Below, piece by piece: positions 58,530-64,000 of a stretch of DNA of 64,000 bases (positions are counted from its first letter, which is position 1; every line of letters starts with the position of its first letter). The position numbers and the translations under genes are program-made. The stretch comes from an uncultured Actinomycetes bacterium (lineage in GTDB: Bacteria; Actinomycetota; Thermoleophilia; RBG-16-64-13). The notes beneath the pieces were generated by a model, which worked only from the letters and a program-made list of their open reading frames with translations, had not been told where the DNA came from and made no database searches. The DNA lies in assembly GCA_963841735.1 (NCBI GenBank), contig CAWJDT010000001.1, forward strand, positions 896,001 to 960,000. Direction: 5' to 3'.

Positions 58530-60110
58530 TCAGCGTGTTCCGTGGAGCGCCATTCCGAGGGCTTCGGCGACCGCCTCGGCTTGGTATGGGCGCTTGAGGA
58601 CGGCAGCGAAGCCGTGTTGCTGATATCCCCGGACGTCCGCGTCGGAGGTCAATACCACGGGGGCTTTGAAGCCCAGCCCGCGTAGGGCGGTGGTCTGCAG
58701 TATGCCGCTGTAGCCGGAAGGGGTCACCAGATCGACTACCGCGACCGCGTAGGGGGAATGTTCTGCTTCGGCGCCCACCAGGGCAGCAGCGGCCTCGTCC
58801 ATAGAGGCGCGATGGTCAGTCACACAGCCCAAAGCGGAGAGGATGGTCTCTAGTTCGGCCCCCCAGGGCTCGCCCGCATCGATGATCAGTACTCGCGGAG
58901 GGGGCGAGCCGCCCTCGCCGGTGCTATCAGGGCCGTTCGGTGCCACTGTCGCATTGGTTCCGGACTCGGACACGGCGAGTCGTTGCTCGAGTTCGTAGAT
59001 GCGCTTCTGGAGAGAGAGGTCTTCCGCGGTGATGATGGTCGCCGAAGCGTTGCCTACGATGTCACGGAACTGAGCGATCTTGAGGCGGATATCCACCTGG
59101 CCCCCGTCCTTGCAGGTAACGGTGGTCGGGCCGGGGTCCGGGTGTAACGGGGCGAAAGGCTGGGTATGTCCCAGGACCTCGGCCGCCTGCCAGCCCAGTA
59201 GGTTCTCGGCGGCCCTGTTCCACATGGTGATGTGGCCTTGACGGTCCAACACCCAGGCAGCCACGGGCGCGATGGTGATGAAGGCCTCCAAGTCGGCCAC
59301 TGCGTCGCCGCGAGACTGCTCGGCGCGGATGCGCGAGATGGCGTTGCCGGTGATGGCTCCCAGACTGCGCAGAGCCGCCTTCGTCGCCGGGACGATCTCT
59401 TGAGCGGTCGAAGTGCCCATCACAAGGACGGCGACCCTGTCTCCTTTGTGAACAATGGGCACTACCTCAAGCGGGGGCCGACCATCCTTGGTGTCATCGG
59501 CCGGGCTCGCCGCATCCAGCTGGCCGGCGGTCGCTAGGAGTTCCAGCTTGTCGGGAGGGACCTGCCGCTGGGCCACTAGGTCGCATCCACCGGTCTCCCG
59601 GTTGATGGAGAAGACGCAGCCCCACTCGACGCCCTCCACGCGCATGGCCGCGTCGAGGGCCTCTCGAAGGGCCTTTTGCATGTTCTTGGTGCCCACGAGC
59701 GTGACCTGAAGGTCGGTTTCGACCAGGGCGAGGCTCTCGGCCAGCTTCTGCTCGGTGATGTCCTCGACCACTTCGATGAAGCCGGCGGGCTGGTTGTCGG
59801 GGCCGACAACGGGGCTGGCTCGTATCCGGGCGTAGTACCGGGTGCCGTTGTCTCTCCGCCCCATCGTCTCGATCTCGTGTGACTCCCCGGTGGCCAAGCA
59901 GAGGCGGCCGGGACAGTGGGGGCACGGTTCATCACGTCTCTCGAACTCCCGGTAGCACTTCTTGCCAAGCAGGGCCGTGATCGACTTGCCGTACAACCGC
60001 TCGTTGGCCCTATTGACCATGACCAGGTCGAAATCTATCGAGATGAAGTTCATTCCCGGCTCGACGCCGGGAGCGACGACCTCGGTTATGTCTTTTGGCT
60101 TTTCGCTCAT
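58530..60110 (-). CDS. PAS-GAF-PAS-degenerate REC signalling protein (no kinase core)
   Basis: PAS with CY..FE..DEPCPHCP and EDITEQK, GAF-like segment, PAS WNRAAE.LLGW, REC-like RVLIID..VVDL..VLTS..LKRPY. Confidence 0.75.
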   Translation of the reverse strand: MSEKPKDITEVVAPGVEPGMNFISIDFDLVMVNRANERLYGKSITALLGKKCYREFERRDEPCPHCPGRLCLATGESHEIETMGRRDNGTRYYARIRASPVVGPDNQPAGFIEVVEDITEQKLAESLALVETDLQVTLVGTKNMQKALREALDAAMRVEGVEWGCVFSINRETGGCDLVAQRQVPPDKLELLATAGQLDAASPADDTKDGRPPLEVVPIVHKGDRVAVLVMGTSTAQEIVPATKAALRSLGAITGNAISRIRAEQSRGDAVADLEAFITIAPVAAWVLDRQGHITMWNRAAENLLGWQAAEVLGHTQPFAPLHPDPGPTTVTCKDGGQVDIRLKIAQFRDIVGNASATIITAEDLSLQKRIYELEQRLAVSESGTNATVAPNGPDSTGEGGSPPPRVLIIDAGEPWGAELETILSALGCVTDHRASMDEAAAALVGAEAEHSPYAVAVVDLVTPSGYSGILQTTALRGLGFKAPVVLTSDADVRGYQQHGFAAVLKRPYQAEAVAEALGMALHGTR

Positions 60111-60123
60111 GCTCTGATTCTAC

Positions 60124-61308
60124 CTAGTCTGGACGGTATCGCCATACGCCTAGGGCAAAGAGAGCCAATATCCAGATCCAGACGATGCCCATTGGGTAGA
60201 GAACGTCTCCTATTCCCCAGTCCTTCAAGATGATCCCATGCAGCGAGTCCATCACCCAAGCCGAGGGCAGGAAATGGGCCACCTGCGAGAACGAGGCGCC
60301 GGTTATCTCGAGAGGGAACCACGCTCCTCCCATGGCAGCAAGTAGCTGGGCGGAGATGACGGTGGTCGCGATGACGGCCTGCTCCGAGCGGAAGACCGAC
60401 GATATCAGCAGGCCGAAAGCTGAGGCCAGCATGGACAAGGAGATCATGGTGACCAACAGGGCGAGGGGGCTGTTGAAGTAGTCTACTCCGAAGGCAAACT
60501 GGCCCAGAAGCACCAGGAGCAGCTGCTGGAGAAAGGTGATGATCACCATGGCCGTCATCTTGCCGGCGACGATGTCACGGGCGCGCACTCCGGCGACGCT
60601 GAGCCGGCGGAGCAGTCCCTGGCGTCGCTCCCAGGTCATGGCCGCGGCTATGCCTAGCAGGCTGAAGAGCACCCAGTTGACCATGGAGCCTGAGGAGGAT
60701 TGGTCGAACCCGCCCGCGATGGTCTCTCCGCTGCTGCCGGAGTTGACAGTCTCCACCACCACAACCGGGTTGTCCAACTGGGCATCGGCCAGCGGGCGGG
60801 CGGAGGCGAGCAGAGCCTCGTCGACGGTGGCACCTGTCGCGAGGGAGACCTTCTCCGCGGCCGTCTGGGCCGCCAGCATCCCGGCGTTAAGTTGTGACAC
60901 GGCGTCCTGGACGGCCTCTATGATGGAGAGAGCTCCAGTGGAGGTCTCGGCGCGCACCAGAGCGAGGGTCACCGGCTGCCCGGCTATGACAGCGGCCCCA
61001 AAGCCTTCGGGGATGATGAGCCCGGCAGCGGCCTTCTCGTCATGGACGGCCTTGTCGACCTCGTCCGCAGTCATCAGTTTGAGATCGAGCAGGGACGACT
61101 CCTCCAGTCTCTGCACCAGCCGCTGCGCCGAAGGAGACCCATCGCCATCGGCGAGGGCAAGCGGCAGACCGGCGCTTTCAGCCTGGCCGATGACCACACC
61201 AAGGACCACGGTGAAGATCACCGGGAGCACGAGGGTGAAGAGCGTGGCCAGTTTGTCGCGCCGGTTTTCCAGGAGGTCCTTGGTGGCGATGTACCAGACG
61301 TGTCTCAC
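60124..61308 (-). CDS. ABC-2 transporter permease (LnrN-like)
   Basis: KDLLENRRD, ERRQGLLRRL, GGAWFP, P..W.MD; GTG start overlaps the upstream stop. Confidence 0.88.
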   Translation of the reverse strand: MRHVWYIATKDLLENRRDKLATLFTLVLPVIFTVVLGVVIGQAESAGLPLALADGDGSPSAQRLVQRLEESSLLDLKLMTADEVDKAVHDEKAAAGLIIPEGFGAAVIAGQPVTLALVRAETSTGALSIIEAVQDAVSQLNAGMLAAQTAAEKVSLATGATVDEALLASARPLADAQLDNPVVVVETVNSGSSGETIAGGFDQSSSGSMVNWVLFSLLGIAAAMTWERRQGLLRRLSVAGVRARDIVAGKMTAMVIITFLQQLLLVLLGQFAFGVDYFNSPLALLVTMISLSMLASAFGLLISSVFRSEQAVIATTVISAQLLAAMGGAWFPLEITGASFSQVAHFLPSAWVMDSLHGIILKDWGIGDVLYPMGIVWIWILALFALGVWRYRPD

Positions 61309-62558
61309 GCGTAGCGCCTTCTGAAGAGGAACGTGGCGATGCCGAAGAAGACCAGGGAGAAGCCCAGGACCACAACCACCGGAGCGGCGATACTTGCCCA
61401 AGACCCGCCGTATAGCAGGTCGTTCCAGGCTCGTATCAGCCAGCCGAGCGGACTCACCCGCTGAACGACGGAGTAGGCCCCGTCGAGGTTCACGCCCCCG
61501 GTGAAGTTTCCGCTGATGAGGCCGAGGAACACGAAGATCGCTGAGCTCACGGCTCCGGCCTGGGCCGGCGTCTTGGCGAAGGACATCGTGAGAAGCCCCA
61601 GTGAGGCTGAGACAAGCGCGCTGGCCAAAATGAGTATCACCACTGGTCCCGGCTCGCCCCAGCGAGCCCCCAGCAGGAGCCACCCGGCTATGGTCAAGAC
61701 GACCGCCTGCACGAGAACCACCAGGAATACCGCCAGGTACTTGCCTCCCAGGATCACGCTCCGCGGCGTAGGCGTGGTGAACAGGCGGGGGAGGGTGCCC
61801 TCGCGATGCTCGTCCAAGATGCTGCGTGCGGGAGTGGCGGCGCCGAAGAGCATGAAGAAGAGCATCATGCCCACCAGCACCTGGCTGGCCACGTTGGGGT
61901 GCTTCTGATCCAGCAGGCCGGGTATCTCCGGCGCCCGCTCCGCCAGCGCGACGAGGGTATCGGTCTGCGACTTGCCGGCGTAGGCTTGGGCGGCATCTGC
62001 AGCTAGGGTGGAGAGAGTTTGGGGGTCGGTGATGCCCGCCGAGGCGGCCAACTGGGCCGTGGCGGTTGCCGCTGCCCGCGCGCCGTTGAGCGACTGAACC
62101 GCCGACCGCACGATCGCGGTCACGATGGCGGGGCCAACGTTAAGAGTGGGGTCTTTGTAGATCTGCACCGTGCCCCCGGTGGGGTTCTTACCGGTGTCGA
62201 CCAGGTCCGCTGTCAGCCCGGTGGGGATGATGACGGCCACATCGGCCTCGCCCCCGTCGACCAAAGCCCTGGCCTCCTCCGCGGTTTTGGTCTGAGTCAC
62301 CGTCAAGAGGTTGGACAGGCCGGGACCGGTGAGGACGGCCGTGAGGGTGGCTCCGGCGGCGGGTGTGCCTGTGTCCGCTCCCTGGTCGAGATCAGCTATC
62401 GCGGTCTTCACAGCCGGCAACGAGTAGCTACTTCCCGTGCCGAAAGCAGCTCCCAGAACGAAGGCCAGCAACAGAGGGGCCACCAGCATCATGGCCACAC
62501 CGGCGGGGCTGCGGTAGGTGTGCCGCAGGTCTTTCCAGGCGATACTCAGGGCGCGCAC
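61305..62558 (-). CDS. ABC-2 transporter permease (LnrM-like)
   Basis: IAWKDL, EHREGTLPRLFTTP, ILGGKY, six-TM ABC-2 pattern with a large extracellular loop. Confidence 0.88.
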   Translation of the reverse strand: MRALSIAWKDLRHTYRSPAGVAMMLVAPLLLAFVLGAAFGTGSSYSLPAVKTAIADLDQGADTGTPAAGATLTAVLTGPGLSNLLTVTQTKTAEEARALVDGGEADVAVIIPTGLTADLVDTGKNPTGGTVQIYKDPTLNVGPAIVTAIVRSAVQSLNGARAAATATAQLAASAGITDPQTLSTLAADAAQAYAGKSQTDTLVALAERAPEIPGLLDQKHPNVASQVLVGMMLFFMLFGAATPARSILDEHREGTLPRLFTTPTPRSVILGGKYLAVFLVVLVQAVVLTIAGWLLLGARWGEPGPVVILILASALVSASLGLLTMSFAKTPAQAGAVSSAIFVFLGLISGNFTGGVNLDGAYSVVQRVSPLGWLIRAWNDLLYGGSWASIAAPVVVVLGFSLVFFGIATFLFRRRYA

Positions 62559-62580
62559 GGCAGGGGCTCCAGTGCCTACC

Positions 62581-63528
62581 CTAGTCGCGGAGTGCTCGGC
62601 CGGTGAGGTGCAGAAACACCATTTCCAGGTTGGGTTCGGCCAGGCTGACCTCGGTGATGCGGGCGCCTGCCGCCCGGGCGCCGTCGAAGAGCCGCGGAAT
62701 CAGGGTGTTCGCGTCATCGACCCCCAGCCACATCCGTCCGTCCTCGGGCTCGGACACGGTAGAAACGCCCGGAAGGTCGCGCCACTGCCGGGCCAGGGTA
62801 TCGGCTTCACGGTCGAGGGCTAGGTCGATGCGGGTCCGCTCTCCCACCAGGCGAACGAGCTCGTCTTGGGTGCCGGTCGCTTTCATGACTCCGTGGTCCA
62901 TGATGCCGATGCGATGCGACAGTTCCTGAGCCTCTTCCATGTAGTGAGTGGTGTAGAGAACCGTGACCCCGCCCGCGTTAAGGTCTTTGATCCCATCGAG
63001 GATAGAGCGGCGGCTCTGTGGGTCGATGCCCACGGTGGGCTCGTCCAGGTAGAGTATTCTGGGCTTGTGTAAGAGGGCCGCGCCGATGTTCACCCGGCGT
63101 TTCATGCCTCCTGAGTACTTATCGACCCGGTCCTTCTGCCGGTCGAGGAGGCCTATCAGCTCTAAGACCTCATCGACACGCTTGCTGAGTTCCGCCCCGC
63201 CGAGACCATACATCCTTCCCCAGAAGAGCAGGTTCTCCCGGCCGCTCAGGTGGTCGTACAGCGCGATGTCCTGCGGCACCACTCCGATGAGGGCTTTGAC
63301 CTTCTCCGCCTCGCTGGTGACCGAGAATCCCCCCACCCTGGCTTCGCCTTTGTCAGGCTTGAGCAGGCAAGAAAGCATGGAGATCGTGGTGGTCTTTCCC
63401 GCGCCGTTTGGGCCCAGCAGGCTGAAGATCTCGCCCTCTCCGATTGAGAACGAGACCTCGTCGACAGCCACCGGCCCTTTCGGAGGGTCGAACTGCTTTC
63501 GAAGCCCTTCAACGAGAATAGCCGCCAT
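62581..63528 (-). CDS. ABC transporter ATP-binding protein (LnrL/DrrA-like)
   Basis: GPNGAGKTT, YSGGMKRR, LDEPTVG, TTHYMEEA, FLHLTGRALRD. Confidence 0.93.
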   Translation of the reverse strand: MAAILVEGLRKQFDPPKGPVAVDEVSFSIGEGEIFSLLGPNGAGKTTTISMLSCLLKPDKGEARVGGFSVTSEAEKVKALIGVVPQDIALYDHLSGRENLLFWGRMYGLGGAELSKRVDEVLELIGLLDRQKDRVDKYSGGMKRRVNIGAALLHKPRILYLDEPTVGIDPQSRRSILDGIKDLNAGGVTVLYTTHYMEEAQELSHRIGIMDHGVMKATGTQDELVRLVGERTRIDLALDREADTLARQWRDLPGVSTVSEPEDGRMWLGVDDANTLIPRLFDGARAAGARITEVSLAEPNLEMVFLHLTGRALRD

Positions 63529-63584
63529 GCTCCCCTCGCCCTGTCGCTGCGTCGGACTACCCTGCTCTGACAGACCGCCTTGTT

Positions 63585-64000
63585 CTAGCTGAAGACTTCC
63601 TCGCGACTGGCCATGCCGTCGTGAAGCTTGAAGGCCGCGTGCAGGGCCTGGACCGCCGTGTCCGCGTCCTGTTTGCGGATCACGCAGCTGATCTTGATGG
63701 AACTGGTGGAGATCATCGCGATGTTGATGCGATTCTCGGCCAGCACCTCGAACATCTTGGCCGCGATTCCGGGGTAGGTCTTCATGCCAGCGCCGACCAG
63801 GGTGATTTTGGCCACCTCTTTGTCCAGGTCAAACGACTCGAATCCCAACTCCGGCTGGAGTGCGTCTAGGACCGTGGTGACGTTGGGCAAGTCGGCTTCG
63901 GACGCCGTGAACGAAATATCGGCTGCCCCGTCCGCCGAGACATTCTGGATGATCACGTCCACGTTGACATTGGCCCGAGCCAGGGCGGCGAAGACCTTGG
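63585..64000 (-). CDS. lysC: Aspartate kinase, C-terminal ACT domains (partial)
   Basis: VNVDVIIQN, DISFT, VGAGMK..PG.AAKMF..LA...INI.MISTS.IKISC, LHAAF.L. Confidence 0.93.
   Translation of the reverse strand, partial: KVFAALARANVNVDVIIQNVSADGAADISFTASEADLPNVTTVLDALQPELGFESFDLDKEVAKITLVGAGMKTYPGIAAKMFEVLAENRINIAMISTSSIKISCVIRKQDADTAVQALHAAFKLHDGMASREEVFS

Noticed and set aside
60124-61683. 519-aa extended version of the permease, and similar upstream extensions at 27509, 31120, 34278 and 52698
   Set aside because: The extensions overlap upstream genes; coupled starts overlapping the previous stop fit better

Overview
High-GC bacterial chromosomal window, most consistent with a deep-branching actinobacterium (Thermoleophilia-like). 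That placement is an inference from gene content, the xPFTG sorting signal and the Tat-lipoprotein SBP. The left flank carries the end of pstB, phoU, an ABC-2 exporter divergent from an OmpR-family two-component system, and glgP/malQ. The core (~9.9-50.9 kb) is a ~41 kb surface-glycan locus. It encodes two divergent Wzc-like BY-kinases, Wzy/ligase-type proteins, Wzx, several glycosyltransferases, rmlABCD, a nonulosonic-acid (legionaminate-like) module with radical-SAM, DUF4910 and unknown accessory genes, wbpBDE, PglF/PglC-like genes and ugd. The right flank carries an amidase, TIGR00725, an MrfA-like helicase, a phosphoesterase, asd, an orphan SBP, a kinase-less PAS/GAF/REC protein, an ABC-2 exporter and partial aspartokinase. 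No rRNA, tRNA, CRISPR or transposase was seen. The most notable observations are: (1) a c-di-GMP-I riboswitch in front of a secreted beta-helix protein inside the glycan locus; (2) sigma28/WhiG-like -10 boxes at the heads of five transcription units of the locus; (3) a BY-kinase pair with complementary defects, one with an intact P-loop but no Tyr tail and the other with an altered P-loop but a Tyr tail; (4) a 122-aa YPFTG-anchored protein directly upstream of a TPR-bearing O-antigen-ligase-like enzyme, a candidate glycan-carrier system; (5) an internally deleted SDR pseudogene; and (6) a candidate C-rich-loop sRNA next to the two-component system. All calls come from motif reading by eye; no searches were run.
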